A DNA stretch of 64,000 nt from Verrucomicrobiota bacterium (GTDB lineage Bacteria > Verrucomicrobiota > Verrucomicrobiia > Verrucomicrobiales > DEV007). The number at the start of each line of letters is the position of its first letter. Position 1 is the first letter of the stretch. Below are positions 9,845 to 19,837 of the stretch, piece by piece. The position numbers were made by a program, and so were the translations under genes. A model generated the notes under the pieces. The model had not been told where the DNA came from, ran no database searches, and saw nothing but the letters and a program-made list of their open reading frames with translations. The DNA lies in contig JASFYY010000010.1 of the NCBI GenBank assembly GCA_045046875.1, positions 1-64,000 of the forward strand, written 5' to 3'.

Positions 9845-10845
9845 CGCCCACCCCCCTGTGTTGAAGCTCCATTCGTTCCATTCGCTCCGCCGTTTCCACC
9901 CCTGGCTCCAGCTCCCGTCCCCGCGGGCCTCGCTCCACCAGCGTCCCGGCTCCCTCCCGCTCGCCCCCCATTACCCGTCCGTCCACCTTTACCCCTACCG
10001 TCCCCACCTCCCTTTGCCCCGTCCCGATCCGCACCCGCCGCCGGCGGTCGCTGCCCCGCCGCGCCGCCCGATGAACGGCCGCTGCTGGTCCCACTCGGTT
10101 CTTCAAGCTCCGTCCCCTCACCCGCATCCGTGTTTTGCACCAGATGGCCGGGCATTTCAAAAACCACCCGCAATGGCGCTGGCCGCCATGGATCCAACAA
10201 AGACAACTCCAACATTTCCGGCATCGAAGTCGACTGCCAGCTATCCGTCCAATCCATTTGCCCGGCATCCCAATAACGCCAAGTCATCGAAACGATATTA
10301 TCCAACAACGGCAACCAATACCTGCCGTCGTCATCGACCTCGAAAAACGGATCGCTTTCACCTACCCGAATCGCCATTTCCCCATCTTTAGCTATCGGCT
10401 TGAAATCCTCACGGCTCACCGCCACTTGAAACAATGGCCCCACATAATCATCCAGCTCTCCGCCCTTTTTTTCCAACTGCGGCCGCAGAGCAATGATGGT
10501 TTCCCCATCCGTATCCTCATTCACTCCCATCGCATAAGCCGTGACCGCCCCCTCAATTTTCATCTCCTCCTGCCCGGACAAACTTTTCTCACCAGTTGTG
10601 ATCGTTACCGTAGTGCCCGCCGGCAGCGATTCCAAAGTTTTGCGGTATAACCTAAGAAAACGACTCACCTGTTGATCCCTCGCATCCAGCACCCGCAGCT
10701 CCGCCGCACTGTCAGCCGCCTGCCACACCACCCCGAAAACCGAAGCCAAGATCAACGACAAAATCACCATCGCCACCACCACCTCGATCAACGAAAAACC
10801 GCCGCGCTCACTTTTACCCTTATGCAAATTTACCTGCCCCCTCAT
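9841..10845 (-). CDS. Pseudopilin GspJ-like with Gly-rich C-terminal tail
   Basis: GFSLIEVVVA N-methylation motif; operon order. Confidence 0.75.
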   Translation of the reverse strand: MRGQVNLHKGKSERGGFSLIEVVVAMVILSLILASVFGVVWQAADSAAELRVLDARDQQVSRFLRLYRKTLESLPAGTTVTITTGEKSLSGQEEMKIEGAVTAYAMGVNEDTDGETIIALRPQLEKKGGELDDYVGPLFQVAVSREDFKPIAKDGEMAIRVGESDPFFEVDDDGRYWLPLLDNIVSMTWRYWDAGQMDWTDSWQSTSMPEMLELSLLDPWRPAPLRVVFEMPGHLVQNTDAGEGTELEEPSGTSSGRSSGGAAGQRPPAAGADRDGAKGGGDGRGKGGRTGNGGRAGGSRDAGGARPAGTGAGARGGNGGANGTNGASTQGGGR

Positions 10846-11282
10846 TTCCCCTCCTCCTCCGGCCGATAGACAATCACCTCGGCACTATCCCCCTCGCCTT
10901 CCCCTCCCCGGGTGAATACTGCCGACACCTTCAGACGATACAATCCGTCCAGTGCTTCACCCTCACTGTTGACTTCATTCAAGGCTTCCAATTCACTCCG
11001 ATAGACCACCTCCAAATGGCTGTCATGACGTTCAAACGCCATCTGCTCAAGAGGGCGATGACGAGCCTCGACCAACATCGCATCCATGCCATACTGCAAC
11101 TGCATGTCGCGGGCATAAAATTTCGACGTCTCGGTGATGCGATTGATCGCGACCAGTATCCCCGTCACCGCTATCGCAAAAACCGTCACCGCCAACACCA
11201 CGTCGAGCAACAGGTAGGCTCGCTCACCCCCTTTGACAAAACGAGAGTCGGCTGATTCACTCCACATAGGATTTTTCCTCAT
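10842..11282 (-). CDS. Pseudopilin GspI-like
   Basis: Degenerate prepilin motif RAYLLLDVVLA plus hydrophobic helix. Confidence 0.65.
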   Translation of the reverse strand: MRKNPMWSESADSRFVKGGERAYLLLDVVLAVTVFAIAVTGILVAINRITETSKFYARDMQLQYGMDAMLVEARHRPLEQMAFERHDSHLEVVYRSELEALNEVNSEGEALDGLYRLKVSAVFTRGGEGEGDSAEVIVYRPEEEGK

Positions 11283-11937
11283 TGATATCCCCCGTCAAAG
11301 GATGAAAACCCACCTCAAAAAAAGACCCTTGCGCCTGAATCCGAATTTTAAACGGGTCGCACATGCCCGAAGATTGAAACACCCAACGCTTGAACACCGC
11401 CCCCTGCATCGCCACCCAGTCATGATCGCCTCTCATCATGATCTCATAACTCACCCCCTGGGGTAATTGATAAGTCTGATGGTAAACACCCGCCAACTCA
11501 TCACCTTCAGACAAGACCCCTTGTGCTGCACTTGCCCCCTCGCTCAAATCCCCCAAACGTTTTTTCGAAGCGGCCTCCATCTCACGCGTCTTTTCAACAG
11601 CTTCAAGTGCTTGCACCCAGTCATCAAACTCCTGCTTGCCACCGTAGGGACTGAAATATTCCGCGGCATAAAATCCCTGCTGATCAAAAACAATTTGATA
11701 AGGGTGCATTTCCCTCATCGCCCGGGCGCGAACCGTGCGGGCCATCCTCACCAGCTCCGCCACCGGTTGCCGCGCTTCGTGCTGACGTTGCAAACCACTG
11801 ATCGCCGGCACACTGATCCCTATCAATACCGCCAATACCGCCAACGTGATCACGATTTCCACCAGGGTAAAAGCGCGGCCAGAAAGAGCCGCACGCCCTT
11901 CCCTTGCCAACCATGACCTTTTACCCAATGTGTTCAC
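11257..11937 (-). CDS. Pseudopilin GspH-like
   Basis: RAFTLVEIVITL prepilin motif. Confidence 0.75.
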   Translation of the reverse strand: MNTLGKRSWLAREGRAALSGRAFTLVEIVITLAVLAVLIGISVPAISGLQRQHEARQPVAELVRMARTVRARAMREMHPYQIVFDQQGFYAAEYFSPYGGKQEFDDWVQALEAVEKTREMEAASKKRLGDLSEGASAAQGVLSEGDELAGVYHQTYQLPQGVSYEIMMRGDHDWVAMQGAVFKRWVFQSSGMCDPFKIRIQAQGSFFEVGFHPLTGDINEEKSYVE

Positions 11938-12362
11938 CAGTTTCCCTGATCATCCTCACTTTCCACTCCATCTTCCCCCAAAGTGAACAGATCGTATTTT
12001 TTCTTACTTTTTGTAGCAGGAAAACGGTATTGATACTCCTGCCCCCAAGGATCCAACATCATCTCCTGCAAATACTGCCGCCAACGTTGGGGTTGGGGAT
12101 CTGATGTCGGTTTTTCCACCAAGGCTGCCAAACCTTGCTCCTGGGTAGGAGGCTTAAAATAATTATTCCGTTCATACTGCTGCAAAGCCAGATCCAATAC
12201 CTTCAAATCCGAACCCACCCGCTCATACTTGGCATCATCGATCAGCCCGGTTAACAAATAAATCCCTGAAGCTGCCAATATCCCTATAATCGTAAGCACA
12301 ATCACCAACTCCACCAAAGTAAAAGCCCGACGTTTTTGTTTCTCTATCACCTTCATACTCAA
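11934..12362 (-). CDS. gspG: Major pseudopilin GspG
   Basis: FTLVEL, PTQEQGLAALV, DPWGQEYQY, LGEDG..SEDD.GNW. Confidence 0.93.
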   Translation of the reverse strand: MSMKVIEKQKRRAFTLVELVIVLTIIGILAASGIYLLTGLIDDAKYERVGSDLKVLDLALQQYERNNYFKPPTQEQGLAALVEKPTSDPQPQRWRQYLQEMMLDPWGQEYQYRFPATKSKKKYDLFTLGEDGVESEDDQGNW

Positions 12363-12438
12363 TTCCTATTCGTGTTCATTAGTGTCCATCTTGACTGCCA
12401 TAGCTTTAGCGAAGGATGTTAGTGGTTCCCCCTTTTCC

Positions 12439-13692
12439 CTAACCCCGTCTAGAAATCCCCGATACCGATCCAAATATAGTCGTCATTATCGAATACGCCA
12501 CCACTCCGACGATAACCGCCATCACAATCAATACCACCATGGGTACAAAACTGGTCAGTCGCTCGATTCTTATATCCAACTCTTCATCATATTTTCTCGC
12601 TGATTTCACAAATGCTTTTCCCAGTTCCCCGGTCTGCTCGCCCACCGCAACCCGGTCAGTCAGAGCCAGTGGAAAAAAATCCGACTTGCCCAGTGCCTTG
12701 GCCAGCGAGCCGCCTTCTCCCACATCCAACACCACCTTGGTCAAAAGGTTTTGCATGAATACATTGGTGCTGCCACGTGCCACCAACTTCAACGCATTGA
12801 GCAAAGGCACGCCATTGCTCAAAAGATTGGCCATCGTATGACAATACTGGGCATAAAAACGTCCCGCAATCACCGGACCGAACACCGGCATCAACATCTT
12901 CACCTTGTGCCACCACAAACGCCCACCCGTGGTGCCGATAAAAATCCGGAACGCCAAAAACAAGGCGACCAACACCAACAGGATCATCCACCACCAGTTC
13001 ACCATAAAGTCGCTGAAATTGATCAAAGCCTGGGTGATCATCGGCAGCTCCCCGCCAGTCTTACTGATCAACTGGGACAATTTGGGCATCAAAACCGTAC
13101 TGAACACAAACAACAGCACCACACAGCCCAATAACAACACCGCCGGATAAATCATCGCTCCGGTCACCCGTCGCTGCAGTGAATACATCTGCTTCAAACT
13201 GATCGCCAAACGCTGTAATATCTCCGCCAGGGAACCGCTCGCCTCCCCCGCTGCCACCAGATTACAGTATAGCGTATCAAAAGACGGCGATGCTTTTTTC
13301 AGCGCCAGCGAAAACCTCACGCCTTCGCGGATCTCCTCGCGCAAAACAAACGCCACTATTTTGACCAAAGGGTTTTTTTGCCGCTCATGCAAAACCCGCA
13401 AAGCTTGCTCCAGATTGATACCCGCATCAAGCAAGTCCGCCAGATCCTCGGTGAACGTTATCACCTGCACCCGGCTCAGTTTAACCGGCCCGCTGACCTC
13501 TTTACCCACCGCCTTCTTTTTATCCCCCGCACTCTTAGTCTCCGTCTGCCCAGCTTCCGCCATCACCACCGTGATCGGGTGCAACGCTTTGGCTTCCAGC
13601 TCACGATAGGCCTCCGCCTTGCTCTTCACCGCAAGACTGCCACTCACCGTCTTCCCTCCGGAATCGACCGCTCTGTATTCAAAAGCTGGCAA
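12439..13692 (-). CDS. gspF: Type II secretion inner-membrane protein GspF/PilC
   Basis: AGEASGSL, AMIYP, GEQTGEL; three TMs. Confidence 0.93.
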   Translation of the reverse strand: MPAFEYRAVDSGGKTVSGSLAVKSKAEAYRELEAKALHPITVVMAEAGQTETKSAGDKKKAVGKEVSGPVKLSRVQVITFTEDLADLLDAGINLEQALRVLHERQKNPLVKIVAFVLREEIREGVRFSLALKKASPSFDTLYCNLVAAGEASGSLAEILQRLAISLKQMYSLQRRVTGAMIYPAVLLLGCVVLLFVFSTVLMPKLSQLISKTGGELPMITQALINFSDFMVNWWWMILLVLVALFLAFRIFIGTTGGRLWWHKVKMLMPVFGPVIAGRFYAQYCHTMANLLSNGVPLLNALKLVARGSTNVFMQNLLTKVVLDVGEGGSLAKALGKSDFFPLALTDRVAVGEQTGELGKAFVKSARKYDEELDIRIERLTSFVPMVVLIVMAVIVGVVAYSIMTTIFGSVSGISRRG

Positions 13693-13724
13693 AATATTTA
13701 CATCTGAATTTTCTATCTCAACTA

Positions 13725-15416
13725 TCAGCCCCCATCCATTGAGGTATTGGTCAGCACTTCTTCAATCGTCGTCAGCCCCTGTTTGACCTTTGCCCATCCA
13801 TCATCCCGCAAAGGTTTCATCCCATCACGCAAAGCCTGTTCCTTCATCAGCGGCACTTTGCTGCGCCCGATAATCATCTCCTGCAATTCCGCCGTCACCA
13901 TGCAAATTTCAATAATCGACATGCGCCCCTTGTAGCCCGTCTCGCGACAAGCCTGACAACCCACCGCTGCCATGATCATCTCCCTGCCCGCCAAAGGGTA
14001 AGCAATACTGGTCAGATAGCTCTCATCAAAAGAAGCCGGTGCCTTGCAATGCTCACACAACCGCCGCACCAAACGCTGGGCCAAAAAAGCCCGCACCGAA
14101 GAGCCGATCAAAAAAGGTTCGATGCCCATGTCCATCAAGCGCGAAATCCCTCCCACCGCGTCATTGGTATGCAAAGTGCTGAACACCAAATGCCCCGTCA
14201 AAGCTCCGCGAATGGCAATCTCCGTGGTTTCAACATCACGCATCTCCCCCACCATGATGATATTCGGGTCACCACGCAGAATACTGCGCAGCCCGTTCGC
14301 AAAAGTCAGCCCGATTTCAGGTTTCACCGCAATTTGAACCACCCCGTCCAACTTGTTTTCCACCGGATCCTCCACCGTCACGATACGTGTTTCCTTGGTG
14401 TTCAACTCCTTCAAAAAAGTGTACAAAGTCGTCGATTTGCCCGAGCCCGTAGGGCCGGTCACCAGGATAATCCCATTAGGCATCGTCAACAATTTACGAA
14501 TCTTCTCCTCCGCAGCTTCGTCCATGCCCAGCATCGCCAGATCGAACTTCTGCCGGGTCAGCAAACGCAGGCTGACACTTTCTCCGTTCACCGAGGGAAT
14601 CGTAGCCACCCGCACGTCGATCGGCTCCCCGTCCAGTTCCAGATTGATCCTTCCATCCTGCGGCAAGCGGCGCTCGGCGATATCCAGATGTGCCATGATC
14701 TTCAAACGTGAAATCAACGATGCCTGCAAAGTTCTCACATTGGGAGGCACCGTCACTTCCTGCAACGAACCATCCACCCGGTAGCGGATCCGCAAATTAT
14801 TTTCCAAGGGCTCAAAATGAATGTCCGTCGCCCGCTCCCGCAGCGCCTGACGAAAGATTTGATTCACAAAATTCATCACCGAAGCCTCTTCGTCCTCCTC
14901 ATCGAGCACATTGACCTCCTGCCCCATTTCTCCATCATCCGTCACCTGATCACGGCCATCCATCAACTCATCAAAATTTTCCGCCCCCACTCCGTATCCC
15001 TGTCGCAGCCCCTCCATGATCTGATAGCGCGTCGACACCGCCCAGCTCACTCGTTTGTCCAAACTGCGCCCCACCGCCTGCTTGGCTTCGACATCAAAAG
15101 GATCATAAGTCATCAGACAAATCGCTCCACTCTCCATTCTTCCCGGCAGCAAGCGGTAACGCAAAGCCAGCTTGGCCGGAAAGCGGTTGTGCAAGGGTTG
15201 GCTCAAGTCCAGTTCGGAATTCTCCAGAAAATCCAAACCTATGCCCTTGGCCAGATTGATTGCCAAACGTTTTTCCTCCACCAAATCCGACTCCAACAAA
15301 GCCTCCACCAGCGAAGAATGCCCCTTCTCCGCAGCCGCCAACACCGCTTCACAACGAGCCTGATCCACACAACCACTCTCCATCGCCAGTTGGGTCACAA
15401 GAGGTATCAGAGACAT
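13725..15416 (-). CDS. gspE: Type II secretion ATPase GspE/PilB
   Basis: ATDIHFEP, ERRLPQDGR, GPTGSGKSTTLY, TVEDPVE, STLHTND, CxxC...CxxC. Confidence 0.96.
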   Translation of the reverse strand: MSLIPLVTQLAMESGCVDQARCEAVLAAAEKGHSSLVEALLESDLVEEKRLAINLAKGIGLDFLENSELDLSQPLHNRFPAKLALRYRLLPGRMESGAICLMTYDPFDVEAKQAVGRSLDKRVSWAVSTRYQIMEGLRQGYGVGAENFDELMDGRDQVTDDGEMGQEVNVLDEEDEEASVMNFVNQIFRQALRERATDIHFEPLENNLRIRYRVDGSLQEVTVPPNVRTLQASLISRLKIMAHLDIAERRLPQDGRINLELDGEPIDVRVATIPSVNGESVSLRLLTRQKFDLAMLGMDEAAEEKIRKLLTMPNGIILVTGPTGSGKSTTLYTFLKELNTKETRIVTVEDPVENKLDGVVQIAVKPEIGLTFANGLRSILRGDPNIIMVGEMRDVETTEIAIRGALTGHLVFSTLHTNDAVGGISRLMDMGIEPFLIGSSVRAFLAQRLVRRLCEHCKAPASFDESYLTSIAYPLAGREMIMAAVGCQACRETGYKGRMSIIEICMVTAELQEMIIGRSKVPLMKEQALRDGMKPLRDDGWAKVKQGLTTIEEVLTNTSMDGG

Positions 15417-15748
15417 AAAGTTAACAGATCAGTTGGAAAAAACACAGTGATACCTGTGTGCTACACAAAATCACTGAATATTACAACCCCGATCATCAGC
15501 AAATAGTTTCGCGCCAACTGTAAAAAACAAAAAACGATACGAGTCGAGCGAAGCAGAAAAATCCTCCAGAGGCCTCAACACCTCACTGGAAGGAATCCTC
15601 CGGCTAAAAACATCAGTGCCGGTTACAGGACAAAAAAGTTAGCCATTGGTTTTTGAAAGCTACCTTATCACACATCAACATCATTTCGCCCGTTGCCTTC
15701 GGCTGTCTACGCTACGCTCCGGCTCAGGGCTGGCAATAAAAACGATTT

Positions 15749-15899
15749 AACCCCGGCGCTTCGCACTGGGTTATCACATTTTTTCCTTTCAGGACAGTTT
15801 GCTTTCATCTCTTCGCACCAACGGTGCTCAATGAGATAGCCCAGTGCGAAGCGCTGGGTAAAAAACCCAACTCTTCCAGCCCTGCAAAGGGCGAAACGC
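15749..15899. repeat. REP/BIME-like palindromic intergenic element
   Basis: aaccccggcgcttcgcactgggttat (~15749-15774) is nearly the reverse complement of atagcccagtgcgaagcgctgggt (~15836-15859); additional gccctgcaaagggc hairpin. Confidence 0.7.
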
Positions 15900-16029
15900 A
15901 TAGCAGTCAGCAGCTTAACTTTTCTGTCTTACACTCATCAGTGCCTATCAGTGCAAATCAGTGGTTAACCCATTCCCATATTCACTCCCCTCGTCTCCGT
16001 TTACCTGCATCCATCCCACCAACTCCAAT

Positions 16030-17604
16030 TCAAGGCAGTTGCGGCGCCAACACCTTGCCCGCATCATCCACCGGATAAACCGCCTGATGTTTTTTCAACT
16101 GCGCAATCAACCCCTCCATCATCCGCTTAAGCTCCACGGGTTTGCTATCGGCCAGGTTAGTCGATTCAAAAGGATCCTCCGCTAGGTTAAACAGTTGGTA
16201 ATGCCCACCCTCGAACTGGATGTGTTTGCCCGTAGTCGGTATTTTTGGCAAAGTGTGATAGATCACCTTCCAGTCACCATCACGCCAGGTAGTGAAATAG
16301 TTGCTGCGGTGAATCCCGTGCGGGTAATGCATCAGAAATTGTTGCGGCCGCGAGCTGTCACCCTTACCACTCAGCAAGGTTTGCAAAAGCTGCCCGTCCA
16401 CCGGATAATCTTGTGGTGCCTTGGCTCCCGTGAATTCAAGGATCGTAGGAAACAGGTCAGGCACCGAAGCCACCTGCCCCTGAATCACCCCATGCGGAAT
16501 CGGCAGTTTTTTCTGCCACCGGTTCTGTGGATTCTCTTTTGCCCAGGCCGCGATGAAAGGCACCCGCATCCCGCCCTCGTAATGCGCGCCTTTTTTCCCG
16601 CGTAAAGGAGCCGCACAAGCCACCACGTGCTGATCCCCCAGAGGGGCATCGCTGCCATTGTCGCCGAGGAAAAAAATCAGCGTATTCTCTGCGATACCAA
16701 GATCTTCAAACTGATCCATCATGTCTCCCAGCGATTTATCCATACCCTCCACCAAGGTGGCAAAAGCCTGCGCCTGCTTGGATTTGCCCGAATCTTTATA
16801 ATGATCCGCAAAACGCGGGTCGCAATTAAAAGGCGCGTGCAATGCGTAATGGGAAAAATACAGATAAAAAGGTTTGCCGCTTTTCACCGATTCGGCCACC
16901 GCCTTTTTGGTCTCGATCGTTAACGCCTCGGTCAGGAAAGTATCACTGCCATGATATTTTTCCAAATGAGGCACCGCATGGCCCCGCCGTTTTTTATTCG
17001 CCCCGTAATTTTTTTCACCAAAATAACTGCCCGGAGCGCCAAAAGACGAACCTCCGATATTAACATCAAAGCCCAGATTCAACGGCTCCTGCCCATCGTG
17101 ATCCCAAGGACCAAAATGCCCCTTGCCCACATGAATCGTCCGGTAGCCACTCTTACGCAATACCCCCGGCAAGGTCACATCGCCCTTTTTCAAACCTTCC
17201 CAGTTCCAATCCGGCGCACCGTTTTTGCCCGCATTATTATTGTTCTCGTTGATCCAATTGGTGGTGCGGTGACGAGCCGCATTCTGCCCGGTCATGATCG
17301 AAACCCGGGTCGGCGAGCAAACACTCATCGCATAAAACTGATTGAACCGAATCCCCTGCTTCGCCAGGCGCTCCATGCTCGGAGTGCGGTAATAATCGTT
17401 CAAAGGGTAGCGTTTGGCTTTGCCCTGCTTGTCCGTGAGAAAAGGCAGCGACGTATCCATCACCCCCATATCATCCACCAGAAAGACCATGATATTAGGC
17501 TGATCCGCCGCCTGGGACCGGGTTAGCGGGGTAAAAACAAGCACACAAAATAACAAAACTGACTGGAGGGATTTCATAGGATATATTCTCAATCCAGAAT
17601 CCAT
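16030..17604 (-). CDS. Sulfatase (S1 family), secreted
   Basis: PNIMVFLVDDMG, CSPTR, GKGH, GDNG, YEGGMRVP; signal peptide (likely start MKSLQ). Confidence 0.94.
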   Translation of the reverse strand: MDSGLRIYPMKSLQSVLLFCVLVFTPLTRSQAADQPNIMVFLVDDMGVMDTSLPFLTDKQGKAKRYPLNDYYRTPSMERLAKQGIRFNQFYAMSVCSPTRVSIMTGQNAARHRTTNWINENNNNAGKNGAPDWNWEGLKKGDVTLPGVLRKSGYRTIHVGKGHFGPWDHDGQEPLNLGFDVNIGGSSFGAPGSYFGEKNYGANKKRRGHAVPHLEKYHGSDTFLTEALTIETKKAVAESVKSGKPFYLYFSHYALHAPFNCDPRFADHYKDSGKSKQAQAFATLVEGMDKSLGDMMDQFEDLGIAENTLIFFLGDNGSDAPLGDQHVVACAAPLRGKKGAHYEGGMRVPFIAAWAKENPQNRWQKKLPIPHGVIQGQVASVPDLFPTILEFTGAKAPQDYPVDGQLLQTLLSGKGDSSRPQQFLMHYPHGIHRSNYFTTWRDGDWKVIYHTLPKIPTTGKHIQFEGGHYQLFNLAEDPFESTNLADSKPVELKRMMEGLIAQLKKHQAVYPVDDAGKVLAPQLP

Positions 17605-17698
17605 TTAAGCAAGCGCATTTGCTAACAGCCGCCTCGCGCTAAAGCGCACCACGTAAAATGGATTGCCAATCCGTTCCGTTTCACACTCAGCGTGAATC

Positions 17699-18073
17699 TC
17701 ATGATGCTTTTGCCGCAGGGATGCTGCACAGCACCACCTGCGTAACAGCCATTCCCAAAACCCCGAGAACCACGTAGAAATCAAACACCATGCTATCTTT
17801 GAATAAGTGCGACAATCCGGTGTAAATGATCCCTATCACAACCAGAAGGCGGGTGATTTTTGCCAAAATGACGAAACGAGAATTTAAAGGAAGACGATAG
17901 CTGGCGACCACACTCCAGAGTATGAGTGCGTATAACACGCTCAAAAACGCAGACAGGTAGAATTCGTCTTTATAGTGGGAAAAATACACGACTACGCCAA
18001 AACCAATAGCGCCGAACGCATGCGAAAAGACACTCTCTTTTTTTATATTAGGCGTAGATGGCATAATTTCCAT
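17699..18073 (-). CDS. Hypothetical 4-TM membrane protein
   Basis: Four hydrophobic segments. Confidence 0.6.
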   Translation of the reverse strand: MEIMPSTPNIKKESVFSHAFGAIGFGVVVYFSHYKDEFYLSAFLSVLYALILWSVVASYRLPLNSRFVILAKITRLLVVIGIIYTGLSHLFKDSMVFDFYVVLGVLGMAVTQVVLCSIPAAKAS

Positions 18074-18107
18074 TTACAAAAAACCAGCCGTCGAGTCAAT
18101 ACCCCAC

Positions 18108-18177
18108 GTAGGATAGATTTCCATATCTGTCTTCCCTGCTGGCCGCTACAACGGACAGATATGGAAATCTATCCTAC
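18108..18177. repeat. Perfect 24-bp inverted repeat (REP-like hairpin) just outside attL
   Basis: gtaggatagatttccatatctgtc (18108-18131) / gacagatatggaaatctatcctac (18154-18177). Confidence 0.9.
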
Positions 18178-18229
18178 CCCAATCTTTGCGCAGCCCCCGG
18201 CTTGCCAGCCGTAGCCTTGGCGAAGGCTG

Positions 18230-18273
18230 GTGGAGCATACCGGAATCGAACCGATGACCTCCTCAATGCCATT
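18230..18273 (-). repeat. attL core: displaced 3' half of tRNA-Ala
   Basis: gtggagcataccggaatcgaaccgatgacctcctcaatgccatt, identical to 59749-59792; the original CCA end is retained at 18228-18230. Confidence 0.96.
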
Positions 18274-18437
18274 AACCATGCCTTGGAAGAATTTTCAGTG
18301 GGCAAAAACTGCTCTAGCCCACATACCAGCAAAGGATTCCAGCCCTTTACTATATGAGATTCAGAAGATTTTACCCCACCGCCCCGAGCAATCGAACCTC
18401 TTATATTTCCGGTCAACGAGCAAGATAAAGATGGAAA

Positions 18438-19532
18438 GTGCTTCTGAAAAGTGCTTCCATGCTTAGCATGAAACTCAAAGGACTCTTTTGCAAAAAGGAA
18501 ACAGGAATCTACTATTACCAGCCGCCCCAAAAGAAAGGCTATAGGGCGAGCATTATCTCCCTGCGGACAAAAGACAAGGACGAAGCCATCAAGAAATATC
18601 TGGAAGTCTCGCAGAATGCCCAATCGCTGATCAAGCCCGCCGCCCTCGCCTTCGAAGTCGAACGCTTTCACAAAGCTAAAACCAAATCCAAGCGCCACAC
18701 TGCCGACTCGAGCAGGGGCTCCAAATACGTGCTCAAGCTGCTCATTGACCGCCTGGGTAAACGAAAGAACATCGCCAGCATAACTACCGCCGACCTCAAA
18801 AAATGGAAAGACGAACTCGACGCCAACGAACGCTCCAGCGCTACCATTCGCACCTACTTTGGACGCCTCAGTTCGTTTTTTGCCTGGGCAATAAAGGAAG
18901 GCGTCTGCACTAGCAACCCCGTCAACGCTATCGAACTGCCAAAAACAATTGCGTCCAGATCTGAACGGTATTGCACCCGCGCTGAACGAGAAGCCCTGCT
19001 TGCTGCCTGTCCCGAAAAGCGAGACGATCTTGCCCTTATCTTGCACGTTGGTTTTTTTGCGGGCTTGAGAGTCAGCGAGATCATCGAGATGCGTCCCGAT
19101 TGGATCGACCTGCAGTCCGGAACCCTGACCATCCAGAACACCCCCACGTTCACTACCAAAGACAAGCGCCACCGTATCATCCGCATGTCCCCCAGGCTCA
19201 CCACATTCCTTACCGAATACGGGATGAGAGAACCTTTCATGCTGCGCCCCGACAAAAAACATGGGCAGAAAATCACCCATCACAAAGACAAAAAAACCAC
19301 CGCTTGGAGATATCGATATGATCCGCGCCGCCCCTTCAAAAAACTCGCTGTCCAATGCGATCTGCCTTGGGTAAGCTTCCACACTATGCGACACACTTTC
19401 GCTACGCTCCACGCCCTCGCGGGAACCCCCCTCACCACCATCGCTCGCGAAATGGGCGATGATGAGCGCACTACTTACCACAACTACGTGGGACACAGCC
19501 GCCACAGCGAACACGCCGCCGCTATCGATTAG
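18438..19532 (+). CDS. int: Tyrosine recombinase / phage integrase
   Basis: GLRVSE (Arg), TKDKR (Lys), FHTMRHTFA (HxxR), C-terminal Tyr; adjacent to att. True start probably ATG 18459 or 18468. Confidence 0.95.
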   Translation: MLLKSASMLSMKLKGLFCKKETGIYYYQPPQKKGYRASIISLRTKDKDEAIKKYLEVSQNAQSLIKPAALAFEVERFHKAKTKSKRHTADSSRGSKYVLKLLIDRLGKRKNIASITTADLKKWKDELDANERSSATIRTYFGRLSSFFAWAIKEGVCTSNPVNAIELPKTIASRSERYCTRAEREALLAACPEKRDDLALILHVGFFAGLRVSEIIEMRPDWIDLQSGTLTIQNTPTFTTKDKRHRIIRMSPRLTTFLTEYGMREPFMLRPDKKHGQKITHHKDKKTTAWRYRYDPRRPFKKLAVQCDLPWVSFHTMRHTFATLHALAGTPLTTIAREMGDDERTTYHNYVGHSRHSEHAAAID

Positions 19533-19555
19533 GTTGTGATACTGTTTTTGTAAAT

Positions 19556-19837
19556 TCATAAATATTTCCAAGGGTCAAATACAAGAGTTACTGTGCCCGA
19601 CTGATCTTTGGCATCCTGCTCTTTTCTGTATTCCTGCAATCTAGCAACACTCACAAAACCAGTGTTATTGCACAGAAAACAAAAGCAGTGTGATTTATGC
19701 TCGCCGTTCGGGCACTCAACCTCACAATCAGAATAATCCGGTAATGCCAACTTCTTTATTTCCTCCAATAACTCATGCGCCTTAGTGCTTGGCCGCTCGC
19801 CCTGTAAAACGATTATATGTTCAAATTTTTCGCTCAT
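19556..19837 (-). CDS. Phage hypothetical protein, Cys/His cluster
   Basis: CPNGEHKSHCFCFLCNNTG; overlaps the upstream gene in the early operon. Confidence 0.6.
   Translation of the reverse strand: MSEKFEHIIVLQGERPSTKAHELLEEIKKLALPDYSDCEVECPNGEHKSHCFCFLCNNTGFVSVARLQEYRKEQDAKDQSGTVTLVFDPWKYL

Noticed and set aside
9828..10268. Alternative-frame ORF in the gspJ 3' region
   Set aside because: Arises from the GC-rich low-complexity Gly-rich tail; no independent evidence.
18228..18273. Second tRNA-Ala gene
   Set aside because: Only the 3' 44-46 nt are present; it is the att duplication.
18174..19571. 465-aa minus-strand ORF
   Set aside because: Antisense shadow of the integrase that runs through the att/tRNA fragment; no recognisable motifs.
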